Positions 10,649 through 20,041 of a DNA stretch of 64,000 nucleotides are shown here, one piece after another. The stretch is from Candidatus Bathyarchaeota archaeon (lineage in GTDB: Archaea > Thermoproteota > Bathyarchaeia > 40CM-2-53-6), in NCBI GenBank assembly GCA_963706285.1, contig CAVPLU010000012.1:96001-160000 (forward strand). Direction: 5' to 3'. Below the pieces are notes generated by a model. It saw only the letters and a program-made list of their open reading frames with translations. It was not told the origin of the DNA and did no database searches. How positions within the stretch are numbered: the stretch's first letter is position 1; every line of letters starts with the position of its first letter. The position numbers were made by a program, and so were the translations under genes.

Positions 10649-11764
10649 ATGTCTACTGTCCCTCGAAAAACCACAGTGTCTGTGATAAAGGCTGACGTGG
10701 GCTCCGTTGCAGGTCACGCAACGGTTCATCCTAAGCAGATTGAGGCCGCGCGCAAGTTCCTAGAAGAAGCGCGAGGGAAAGGAACGATCTCTGACTTTCA
10801 TGTAACCCACGCCGGAGACGATCTAGAACTCATAATGACTCACACGAAAGGAGAGAACGCAACAGCCGTGCATGAGATGGCTTGGCGATGTTTCAAAGAA
10901 ATCACGGAGAAAGTGTCGAAACCTCTCAAGCTCTACGCCGCGGGTCAGGATCTTCTTTCTGACGCCTTTTCCGGCAACCTCAAAGGAATGGGGCCTGGCG
11001 TTGCGGAACTTGAATTCGCAGAGCGACAGAGTGACCCTGTGCTGATCTTCATGGCCGACAAGACCGAACCCGGTGCATGGAACTTTCCCGTCTTCAAGAT
11101 CTTCGCAGACCCATTCAATACTGCAGGCCTGACCATAGACCCCGAATTACATGATGGATTCATCTTCACAGTCCTTGACGTTGTTGACAATATCTCGGTT
11201 GACATCAAATGTCCCGAAGAGATGTACGACCTGCTTGCCTTGATAGGGACCCCAAGCAGGTACGTCATTTCGAAAGTCCGTCGGCACGACGGTTTGCCAG
11301 CCGCAGCTGCTAGCACGTCGCGCCTCTCATTGATTGCTGGCCGATATGTGGGTAAGGATGATCCTGTCTGCATCGTGCGTGCGCAGCATGGGCTTCCAGC
11401 AGCGGGTGAGATTCTGGAGGCGTTCGTTTTTCCTCACCTGGTTGCTGGCTGGATGCGAGGATCACATCATGGCCCCTTGATGCCTGTTAGTGTCGAGGAT
11501 CACCAGAACAAGACCAGTCGTTTCGACGGCCCACCGCGAGTGGTAGGTCTCGGTTTCCAAGTGGGTGATGCGAAGTTGGTCGGCCCCGTCGACCTGTTTG
11601 CTGACCCCTCCTTCGACAACAGTAGAGAGACTGCCAACTTAGTTGCTAATTATATGAGATTGCACGGCCCATTCATGCCGCACAGACTTGGTCAGGAAGA
11701 GATGGAGTATACAACCATGCCCGATGTCATGAAGAAACTGAAGAGCCGTTTCGTGAAGACGTAG
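10649..11764 (+). CDS. fbp: Bifunctional fructose-1,6-bisphosphate aldolase/phosphatase
   Basis: IKADVGS, GDDLEL, YAAGQDLL, DKTEPGAWN, YVGKDDP, GWMRGSH, MEYTT. Confidence 0.97.
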   Translation: MSTVPRKTTVSVIKADVGSVAGHATVHPKQIEAARKFLEEARGKGTISDFHVTHAGDDLELIMTHTKGENATAVHEMAWRCFKEITEKVSKPLKLYAAGQDLLSDAFSGNLKGMGPGVAELEFAERQSDPVLIFMADKTEPGAWNFPVFKIFADPFNTAGLTIDPELHDGFIFTVLDVVDNISVDIKCPEEMYDLLALIGTPSRYVISKVRRHDGLPAAAASTSRLSLIAGRYVGKDDPVCIVRAQHGLPAAGEILEAFVFPHLVAGWMRGSHHGPLMPVSVEDHQNKTSRFDGPPRVVGLGFQVGDAKLVGPVDLFADPSFDNSRETANLVANYMRLHGPFMPHRLGQEEMEYTTMPDVMKKLKSRFVKT

Positions 11765-11833
11765 CTCTCCACTTCTTCATGTGCGCAGAAACGCTATTAC
11801 ATCACAAGGCGAATCTTCAACGAGGCTCTACGA

Positions 11834-12777
11834 TTGAAGCTCAGAGTTCTAATCTGTGATCCAATTCACCAGGATGGCGTCAAGCTTCTTCGCGACGCGG
11901 GTTGCGAGGTCGTTGAGAAGCCAAAGATAACCCAAGAGCAACTTCTGCTGGAAGCCAAGAATTTCGATGTGCTCGTAGTGAGAGGGAGAACCAAGATTAC
12001 AGCGGAGGTAGTCGCTGTGGCCCCTTCGCTTAAGGCCGTTGCCCGGTCAGGAGTTGGCCTCGACAACATTGACCTTGAAGCTGCCAAGAAACGCGGGATA
12101 GCCGTCTTAGTCCACGCCTGGCGCTCCTGTCGTGAGCGTTGCGGAACTTGCAATCGGCCTGATGCTCTCTCTGTTCAGACAGATACCTTTGGCGGACCAA
12201 GCTATGAAACAGGCTGCAGTGGACGAAAAGCCAGCTGATGGGACGCGAACTCCACGGAAAGACGCTCGGAGTTGTCGGGGTCGGCGGTCGAATTGGCGCC
12301 GAGGTGGCACGAATTGGAATTCAGGGATTCGGAATGAAGGTCCTTGGATACGACATCGTTGATGTGACAGACAAGGCCAATGATCTCGGTTTCGAGATAT
12401 GCTCTGACCTCGATTCTCTGATTGAAAGAGCGGACATAGTGACGATTCATGTTCCGTACCTTCCGTCCACTCATCACTTGATAGATAGTTCACGGATCCG
12501 TCGCATGAAGCAGGGATCCATACTCATCAACACGTCGCGCGGCGACATTGTCGACGGAAAGGCTCTGCTTAGCGCCATCAAGGAAGGACGGATTTCAGGC
12601 GCGGGCCTTGACGTGTTTCATGATGAACCTCCTAAGGAGGACTGGGAGAAAGAACTTGCCGCATTGTCAGGCGGCATTTCCGTCTGCACACCTCATGTCG
12701 GTGCTCAGACCTCAGAATGTCAACGACTCGAAAGCACAACCGTGGCAAAAGATATCGTTAGACTGTTTGGAAGATGA
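11834..12777 (+). CDS. D-2-hydroxyacid dehydrogenase, D-3-phosphoglycerate dehydrogenase-like (frameshifted)
   Basis: Three overlapping ORFs: RSGVGLDNID, SVAELAIGLM, GRELHGKTLGVVG, INTSRG, GLDVF..EP, TPHVGAQT. Confidence 0.88.
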
Positions 12778-12782
12778 ATTGG

Positions 12783-13107
12783 ATGAGTGCCACATTCAAG
12801 GACTTTGAGCGATTGGACATACGGGTCGCAAAGCTCGTTTCGGTTGAGAATATGCCAGGGATGAAGAAAGCTCATGAAAGCCAAAGTGGACTTGGGCGAC
12901 CGAATCGCCAACGCAGTCTTGGGTGGCGCTGAATACTACAAGCCCAACGACCTTGAAGGCAAAACGGTTGCCGCAATAGCAAACATGGAACCGAAAACTG
13001 TCGCCGGAGTAGAATCTGAATGCATGCTATTGGCAGCAGATGACCATGGCAAACCGATCTGGATAACTTTCCCAGATAGCCTTCCTCCTGGCACCAAGAT
13101 ACGGTAG
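12783..13107 (+). CDS. tRNA-binding OB-fold protein (Trbp111/CsaA-like; one frameshift)
   Basis: MSATFKDFERLDIRVAK followed by KVDLG...ANMEPKTVAGVESECMLLAA. Confidence 0.88.
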
Positions 13108-13274
13108 GAAGATTCTCGATCCGTCCCGGTCAGAACGGTTGAACTTTGTGTTTCCTCGTTTGATCCGTTTGAGGGGGCTGCTTCGCTGTAGAGGTTGTTC
13201 CGGCGTATGACTCTGAAGGTTCTCAGGGGAGAGTTGTATCTACTCAGGCGACAACGATTCGTGCCTTGGTTGGC

Positions 13275-13361
13275 ATGTGGATGCGCGTCGATGAGCATCA
13301 GCGCTTAGATGCTCTTGAGGCAAGGATCAAGAAGTTGGAAAAGCAGGTGGTGAAAGGATGA
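13275..13361 (+). CDS. 28-aa coiled-coil peptide, or the remnant of a longer gene
   Basis: MWMRVDEHQRLDALEARIKKLEKQVVKG; its stop overlaps the next ATG (ATGA). Confidence 0.4.
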   Translation: MWMRVDEHQRLDALEARIKKLEKQVVKG

Positions 13362-13934
13362 CCGACAAAGTCGAAAAGCTTTCCGAGCGCGTGTCCAGGT
13401 TGACTCCTGACGGTAACAGTCAGGCGCTGGCGCTCACAGCCGAAGAAAGGAACATGGTTAGTTACTTCTGGAGTCAGCTACACTGGATGCCTGATGAGTT
13501 TGAGGAATACTGGGCGATCCGGACCCGGATGGAGGACATTCATGCTGCTGTAGGTTCCGTCCATTTGGGCGCGGAAGAGAATCGGGAGTACATGAAGCTT
13601 AGCGAACGAAGCACAGAACTCGTTCACGACATACTTGGGAAGCGCGTACGCGCTAACAATGTCATTCGTGACATGATCTGGCCGGAGCTTGCTCCACGTG
13701 TGGTAAGATGCTGTAAGCTTCAGGAGAAACCGCAACTCACCGACGATGAGGTTGAAGAGTTGAAAGGGCTGATGGAATGGTTCAGCAAACTACGGCAGGA
13801 GGCTTTGAAGACAAGCTGTCAGGGGTTGCAAGCTGTCGGCGGAGAAGGCTATGGAAATGTTGAAAGAGACAGAGTGTGAGGAATGCGGCAATGCGGGAGA
13901 GCAAGCGAACGCCGTTGGCGCCAGCACACAATAG
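13358..13934 (+). CDS. Hypothetical helical protein, probably with a C-terminal CxxC..CxxC after frameshift correction
   Basis: ORF 13358..13879. Removing one G from the GGGG at about 13822 gives SCQGCKLSAEKAMEMLKETECEECGN. Confidence 0.55.
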
Positions 13935-14012
13935 CACGCAAGACCCTGATGTTGTCAGGGCAATGAACCTTGAATAGAGTTAGCGTTCAACACTGGGTGG
14001 GAGAAGCGACGC

Positions 14013-14492
14013 TTGCCGAAGCCTAAGCCGCAACGGATTCGTAAACCCGTCCTGATCGGAATATCCGCCCTGATCGGTTTTGCTGCAACATTTGGTTTCG
14101 ATATGATCTATGACGTCCCCGGATTGATCTACCCCGTCATTGATGGAGTAATCACAGCAACCCTCTCGGCTCTGCTGGCATTTTTCGGGTGGTCGCGAAG
14201 TGGGCAAAGGTTCAGAGAAGTTCTGGTGCTAATGCTTGTCCTGCCATTCCTTCAGTACATGTTGTCGGGCTTGGCATTGTCGATAGCTTATGGAATTCCT
14301 CTTCAGGCGGGTATGATAGTGCCATTGGATCCTAATGGTATTGCATTCCTTGTTGTCAACGGGGTGGTGTTTGCCGTGATTGGCGTTCTGTCGAGCTCCC
14401 ACGGTTTATCGGTCCCCATCTCTCTCGGAAGCAAAGGAACAAGAGTCGAGTCGAGAGAGAGCATGGGACTAGGAGCTGCAAATGCTAGTTAG
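14013..14492 (+). CDS. Hypothetical membrane protein (~4 TM)
   Basis: 159-aa ORF with four hydrophobic segments. Confidence 0.6.
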   Translation: MPKPKPQRIRKPVLIGISALIGFAATFGFDMIYDVPGLIYPVIDGVITATLSALLAFFGWSRSGQRFREVLVLMLVLPFLQYMLSGLALSIAYGIPLQAGMIVPLDPNGIAFLVVNGVVFAVIGVLSSSHGLSVPISLGSKGTRVESRESMGLGAANAS

Positions 14493-14711
14493 ATTCAAAG
14501 GCGACTACGAAGCCTCCTTCCAATGACACGACACAATACACCAGAAGACCAAATACGGAACCTGTCTCTCACACTATGTTCATGTGACGACACATTCACG
14601 GCACGAGAAGAAGCAAAGAATTATTCTAGCGTGCAAACTCAAACGAACCTTATATATTCACGCGATTAATGGGTGCGCCACCTTACTAAGCAAAGCCACG
14701 GAGATCCCTTC

Positions 14712-15641
14712 ATGGAAAGACGAGCGACCTTCACAATTTGCTTGTTGACCATTCTGGCATTCTCGTGGTCAGCAACCTGTGCACACGCTTCGTCAGTCAA
14801 CTACGCGATTCATGGCGGAAAGGTGACCGTGGAACTTTCCCTGCAGTTCTTCCAGAACGTCACAGCAATGCCAAGCGTGAGCCAGACGTTCTCGGGTGCA
14901 GCGTCTCAGAGTCTTTCATCCGCAATAGAAGGCAGCCTCAGAAACGAGGCCCGCAGCGCCTCAGTTTCCTCGCTTTCAGGTGATCTGAAATCAACAGGTA
15001 ACTGGATCAACACGACAATCCGATTCGATATCAGCGGGGTTTCCACCCAAAATGGGAGCCTCCTGAATCTGAATTGCTCTTGGATTCGCTTCAAAGTAGC
15101 CAACGATCTCAAGCTCGGAGATCTTAGCTACAACCTAATCGGAGCGACCTACATCAAACCAACATTTGAGAAGTATGCAGACTTTCAGATCGCTCCCCTC
15201 AATGCAACCGTTTCTGGAGTCGTATACAGACTTGACACATTGGATGTGACTCCTGAAGTCGCGGCTCAGAAGGCTGGCAACGCGACACTGCTTGACTTTA
15301 GCTACGTTTCACCGCCAGTTGAAGAGTGGAAGATGTCATTCAACTTAACTCAGGCTTCAACAACGTGGACTTACGCACCAGTTCCCGCTGTTGCAATGCA
15401 AATGGCGGTAACACCGAAAATTGGAGCGGCATTTCATCTGGATGCTTCGTATGCCTACAACGCGACCCTTTCAGTCGATGGATTCGCTCATGTGCACGCA
15501 GACACAATAACCACGGATGTTTCAAGTGGTTATGAACCGCTGCTCATGCTGGCTGTCGTGATCGCGACTTTCGCGGTCGCTGTGGCGACAAGTTGGGTTT
15601 ACAGGTCTCGACGAAAGCAATTGCCTCGAAGACGAAAGTAG
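14712..15641 (+). CDS. Secreted, C-terminally anchored cell-surface protein
   Basis: Signal peptide ending AHA, Ser/Thr/Asn-rich body with several N-x-S/T sequons, C-terminal TM plus basic tail RRKQLPRRRK. Confidence 0.8.
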   Translation: MERRATFTICLLTILAFSWSATCAHASSVNYAIHGGKVTVELSLQFFQNVTAMPSVSQTFSGAASQSLSSAIEGSLRNEARSASVSSLSGDLKSTGNWINTTIRFDISGVSTQNGSLLNLNCSWIRFKVANDLKLGDLSYNLIGATYIKPTFEKYADFQIAPLNATVSGVVYRLDTLDVTPEVAAQKAGNATLLDFSYVSPPVEEWKMSFNLTQASTTWTYAPVPAVAMQMAVTPKIGAAFHLDASYAYNATLSVDGFAHVHADTITTDVSSGYEPLLMLAVVIATFAVAVATSWVYRSRRKQLPRRRK

Positions 15642-15646
15642 CGCCG

Positions 15647-16171
15647 CTAAGCGCTTATTCTGGCGCTCGCCATTTTGGTGAGGGCATCTTCGCCGAATGA
15701 GCTTGAGAAGTGCTTAAGCAATATCCCTCGATAGAGTGCAGCCTCGTCCTCGCTCATGTACTGGAACATGTACGGGCCTTGGTATGGCGATGGTGCTCCG
15801 TCTCTTGTTATGAACTCAATGTGCATGAGCGGCTCTCCGCATTTGATGGTTATGGGCTGGCGATCGTTGCTCAGATTCACAAGCTCCAGCGCCAATCGTC
15901 CGACGAAACCGCTGTGGACTTTGGCGGCGTTCAAGAATGATAGCCCCATTCTTCCATATCGACTCTTGGCAGTGAGGTGAGCCACGTAGTTCGGAGGAGT
16001 GAAAACCACCTCGTGCGAGATTAGATTCTTGTGCTCCAGATAGTGCAGCGTCGTCTCATCTCTGACGGTTAAGACATATCCGTCACCATCTAGAAGATCG
16101 AAATCGAACGGGTGAACGCACTTGAAGGAGTTGACGAGTTCAAGGAGTTTGTCTTTTCCCAGTATGCCCAA
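15647..16171 (-). CDS. dCTP deaminase/dUTPase family protein
   Basis: AKSRYGRMGL...VHSGFVGRLALELVN...PYQGPY. Confidence 0.8.
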   Translation of the reverse strand: MGILGKDKLLELVNSFKCVHPFDFDLLDGDGYVLTVRDETTLHYLEHKNLISHEVVFTPPNYVAHLTAKSRYGRMGLSFLNAAKVHSGFVGRLALELVNLSNDRQPITIKCGEPLMHIEFITRDGAPSPYQGPYMFQYMSEDEAALYRGILLKHFSSSFGEDALTKMASARISA

Positions 16172-16239
16172 CGCTCGTATCCCACCTGTCTGGTGAACTG
16201 CTCCATTCCTCTGTTTTGTGAGTTTCGGATCGCAATATG

Positions 16240-16755
16240 TCAGGCAGAAGGAACGGCTGTGAAGGGCAGTTTCAAGCTCGCGCCACCAGCGTTCTCCTGG
16301 ACTTCCGGGGCAACCTTCAGCATAACGACGGTATTCGTGCCGAATTGAACAAGGAACGGAACAGAGACCGAGATCACGCTGGATTCTAGCTGAAGATTTC
16401 GTGAAGCGCCGTTGGTTATCATCGTCGCGTTCGTCACCTTCACGCGTATTGCTTCATACTGCCCGAGAGGCAGGCTACCCAACGCAACAACCTCGCTCAT
16501 GTTAGTCATTGCCAGATCTACAAGAGTTGATTTGTTTGATATGGACTGCCAAGCCGACGGCCCGCTAATGTCCAATCGGTGGGCACTGATTTCCGAGATG
16601 GTGACGTAGAGATGGTCTGCGTGAAGAGAGGTTGTCGAGGACAAGGTCACCTTCACGCCTCCGTTTATCAGCGGCGGAAACACTATGAGAAATGCCACTA
16701 CAAGCAGCACGATCACGGCGATGATTCGTTTTGCCCGCATCGTCTTCAGCTTCAA
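16240..16755 (-). CDS. DUF4382-like membrane-anchored exported protein
   Basis: N-terminal TM; HLYVTISEISAH...VDL...LPLGQYEAIRVKV pattern. Confidence 0.65.
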   Translation of the reverse strand: MKLKTMRAKRIIAVIVLLVVAFLIVFPPLINGGVKVTLSSTTSLHADHLYVTISEISAHRLDISGPSAWQSISNKSTLVDLAMTNMSEVVALGSLPLGQYEAIRVKVTNATMITNGASRNLQLESSVISVSVPFLVQFGTNTVVMLKVAPEVQENAGGASLKLPFTAVPSA

Positions 16756-17045
16756 GCGGCTCTATCAGAAGTGAATTCCATATAATCGTATCTTCGGTCA
16801 AGATACGTTCTTGTACAGACTGCTCGCTTCCGAGCGCCTCGTCCTAGCCGACGGTGAGACGTGGAGAGAAACAAGCGAAACGTTAGCTGCTGACTTCACT
16901 GTATGAAGATCCAACCCAGTGACGCCATCAGTAGTATGCGAGTGCTTCACCTAGTCGATTAGTGCATTTCATGCGGAATGGTTATCTAGCGCCAGACGAG
17001 CGTCGCTAGGTTGATCTCTAAAACCATTGGAGACTGAGATAGGGT

Positions 17046-17483
17046 TTGCCGAAGAATATCCTGGCTCCTGTCGATGGTTCTACGTACATGGAACGAAACG
17101 TCAGATACACGTGTCACATCGCCAAGAGTATGGGTTGTGACATGACGCTACTTTACGTGGTGACGATGCCGATCGGCATCATGTCGGACTACGGATATGC
17201 ACCTCCTGCATTTGTCGACATTGAGCAGTTTCGACGAATCGGCTCCGAAGTTCTTGAGAAAGCCAAGAAGATTGCACAAGAGAGCGGAATAGATGCCAAG
17301 ACTAGGCTGGAGGTAGCGTCTGGGAACGCTGCACAGAAGATCCTTGAAGTCGCCGAGAGCGGAGGGTTCGACCTAATCGTCATAGGCTCCAAGGGCCACA
17401 GCCTTCTCAGAAACGTGCTCGTCGGAAGCGTCTGCGACACAGTTTTCCGCCACTCTAAGTGTCCGGTCCTGGCGATACGGTAG
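17046..17483 (+). CDS. Universal stress protein (UspA family)
   Basis: NILAPVDGS, DLIVIGSKG..LVGSV...HSKCPVLAIR. Confidence 0.93.
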   Translation: MPKNILAPVDGSTYMERNVRYTCHIAKSMGCDMTLLYVVTMPIGIMSDYGYAPPAFVDIEQFRRIGSEVLEKAKKIAQESGIDAKTRLEVASGNAAQKILEVAESGGFDLIVIGSKGHSLLRNVLVGSVCDTVFRHSKCPVLAIR

Positions 17484-17680
17484 AGCCGAACAGCCACCAG
17501 CCGTACATGTGAAATATGCTGTTACTTAGCAGCCTTGGCTTTTCGTATTACGTCACCGTTGGACCTGGTGAACTTGATGCTGTCGCCTTTCTCAGCTCGG
17601 CTTCAACCCTATTCATTAACGAGTTATCTACACCCTCGAAAGGGGTCTAGCACAGCAATCCAGAGAACTCGTATCGATTG

Positions 17681-17753
17681 AAAAGAAAGAAACCAGAAAA
17701 AAGGGAAGTCGGCAAGAAGCGAACCCGAACTCCTTCTGGTCGAGTTTGCTTCT
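17681..17753 (-). terminator. Hairpin plus U-rich terminator downstream of the Tyr-rich peptide gene
   Basis: Minus strand AGAAGCAAACTCGA-11nt-TCGGGTTCGCTTCT (about 13 of 14 pairs, 17715-17753), followed by CCCTTTTTTCTGGTTTCTTTCTTTT. Confidence 0.6.
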
Positions 17754-17783
17754 ATGCTAACAGAATAGCCTTGTCGTTTTTGT

Positions 17784-17951
17784 CTAGTAGTGGTGGTAAT
17801 CAGCGTGAGGTGGTATCATGTGACGATCAAACCACTTGTAGTCATAATGTCCTCCGAAGTACGGATAGTCATAGAACTGTACGGGGTAGTACCAGTACTG
17901 CGGATAAGAGTACTGAGGATAGTACCAGTATTGGGGATACCAGTATGACAT
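17784..17951 (-). CDS. 55-aa Tyr-rich YPQ-repeat microprotein (not in the ORF track)
   Basis: MSYWYPQYWYYPQYSYPQYWYYPVQFYDYPYFGGHYDYKWFDRHMIPPHADYHHY. Perfect SD GGAGGTGA 7 nt upstream; downstream terminator. Confidence 0.8.
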   Translation of the reverse strand: MSYWYPQYWYYPQYSYPQYWYYPVQFYDYPYFGGHYDYKWFDRHMIPPHADYHHY

Positions 17952-18033
17952 ACCTCTCTCACCTCCTAACCACTCATGAACTACTGCCTAGACGCTAGAG
18001 AAAGTGCGATTGACTGTCGACGAGTTTCTCAGG

Positions 18034-18303
18034 CTAAAGGTGGTGCCATTGAGAGCGTCCACAGTTCGGACAGTAGTCAATGCCTGCATCAGTTGTAGCA
18101 ATCAAGGGCTGGAAGCAATACCTGCAATCCTCCATCCTCTCCACTTCTTGAGAATGGTTGGCAATAGTGCGGATCCATTCAGAGCCAGGCTTCGGATAGA
18201 CGTACCAGTGCTCATGTGGAAATCCATAGTCGTGGTATTCATACGTCCGATGTGCTGGACAATAAGCCACATCCGGCAGAGCACTTAACCCTCTATATGA
18301 CAT
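18034..18303 (-). CDS. His/Tyr-rich small zinc-ribbon protein (paralog 1)
   Basis: MSY..ALP..YCPAH...CRYCFQPLIATTDAGIDYCPNCGRSQWH; paralogous to 19663..19917. An alternative start at 18309 is possible. Confidence 0.8.
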   Translation of the reverse strand: MSYRGLSALPDVAYCPAHRTYEYHDYGFPHEHWYVYPKPGSEWIRTIANHSQEVERMEDCRYCFQPLIATTDAGIDYCPNCGRSQWHHL

Positions 18304-18572
18304 ACTCATTTTCATCCTTCCCTGCCATAATGGTAAAGCAAGGTCAGCATACATCTTTCAGTTTACAAGCGTTAGATATTGACGCCCCCGACAAGATGTG
18401 CACAGAAACATTGAGTTCTGGATCAATGTGGTGTAAAGCCTAGTAGTATTCAGCGTTAAGAAAACCTCAACCGAGGAAATCCGCAAGCCTCATGTGCTCG
18501 CTGTCAGCTTCAAGCCCTCGACGAGATGCGAGTGGCAAGGTCTTTATTGGGAAACAGAGAATTCACCAAGGG

Positions 18573-19376
18573 GTGCAACAGGTGCAGGTCTCAATCGATG
18601 GAACAACGATACACTACGTTGACTCCGGAGATCCTGCAGGCTAGACCCATCGTTCTTATTCACGGATTTCCGTTCAGTCATGAGATGTGGAGCCCACAGA
18701 TCGCCTTTCTAGAAAAGAAGCTGCGTGTCATCGCCTACGACGTTCGAGGGCATGGCAAGAGCGATGTTGGCGACGGCCAGTACACCCTCGAACTGTTCGT
18801 GGACGACCTCATAGGTCTGCTAGACCATCTGAAAATAGAGAAAGCAGTCTTGTGCGGGCTATCGATGGGGGGTTACATTGCTCTGAGAGCGATTGAACGA
18901 AACCCTGAACGCTGGCATGCTCTCGTTCTCTGTGACACCTCCTCGCAGGCCGATTCGAATGAAGCTAAGCTTAGACGTGCAGCCACGATAAGGGCGATTA
19001 AACGTGAAGGCGTGAAACCATTCGCAGACACATTCTTGGAATCAGCCTTCGCTCAGACGGCCAAAGACGCCGAAGCTGAGACTGATGATGAAGAAGATCA
19101 TCGAATCGAATTCGCCCATTGGAATTTGCGGAACCCTCCTTGCGCTTGGCTGGAAGAACAGATACAACAGCCGCGTTGAAAACAATCAACGTTCCAACGC
19201 TCATTCTTGTTGGAGAACTCGACAAGATTACCCCGCCCGTCCTCTCGCAGAGGATGCATGACGAGATCAAAGGGTCCGAACTTCACATTATTCCTCATGC
19301 TGGACATTTGAGTAACCTTGAAAACTCGGCGGAATTCAACAAGTGTCTGCTTGACTTCCTACAAGGACTGACTTAG
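18573..19376 (+). CDS. Alpha/beta hydrolase (enol-lactonase PcaD-like; frameshifted)
   Basis: MQQVQVSIDGTTIHYVDSG, then LIHGFPF, YDVRGHG, nucleophile GLSMGG, VGELD, AGHLSNLE. Confidence 0.88.
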
Positions 19377-19662
19377 AACCACTTAGCCATCAGATGATGC
19401 TTGAGCTTTGGCCTATTGCTGACTCTAATATGCTGGCATTTTCGAAGGCTGGCCCGCAGTTGATGCCAGCGCAAGTGCTCGCCAGACTCTTGGACGAGGC
19501 AAGGTATCTTTCTCACACTCAGGCGTATCATGTTTGGCGAAACCATTGATAGACCCTCCTTAGCTCTTGTCTCTGTTCGGAAAAGAGCCTACAATGGTTA
19601 GCGGTCGTAAACTGGAACACGTATGCTGGACTCGTCCATTCTCTTCTTACAGTGAAATTGAA

Positions 19663-19917
19663 ATGAGCTACGTATACCAAGCGTTACCGGGGTACTGTCC
19701 TTGGCATCAGAGCTACGACTATGACTACCTGTACTCCTACAGTCCTCAGCCACTATCACATGTGGACATGCAGCATTATCCTCTTGTAGGTGAGCATCAC
19801 GGCGGGGTACACATCTCAGAGAACTGCAAATACTGCTTTCAACGGCTGGTAGCCACCCAAGATCCAAGCATAAACTACTGCCCACAGTGCGGAAGGTATC
19901 AGCCGCATCGAATCTAA
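19663..19917 (+). CDS. His/Tyr-rich small zinc-ribbon protein (paralog 2)
   Basis: MSYVYQALPGYCPWH...CKYCFQRLVATQDPSINYCPQCGRYQPH. Confidence 0.8.
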   Translation: MSYVYQALPGYCPWHQSYDYDYLYSYSPQPLSHVDMQHYPLVGEHHGGVHISENCKYCFQRLVATQDPSINYCPQCGRYQPHRI

Positions 19918-20041
19918 ACATACTTTCCAAAACGACATTGGGGGCCCCAACGGCCCCCGTAGGCACAGTAGCTGAAACCTTCCACAATTCGATTATCTGC
20001 TTTACCCTTGAGATAGAAAATAATCGTTTCAATTCCTTTGA

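Noticed and set aside
17520-17610. Minus-strand fragment KGDSIKFTRSNGDVIRKAK resembling an AbrB C-terminus
   Set aside because: No start or N-terminal half; too short to support.
17715-17753. Possible SECIS-like hairpin
   Set aside because: No in-frame UGA in the upstream genes and no clear archaeal GAA/A motif; a terminator is the simpler explanation.
17678-17998. 106-aa plus-strand ORF with STS/ST repeats
   Set aside because: Antisense shadow of the Tyr-rich peptide, which has the SD and terminator.
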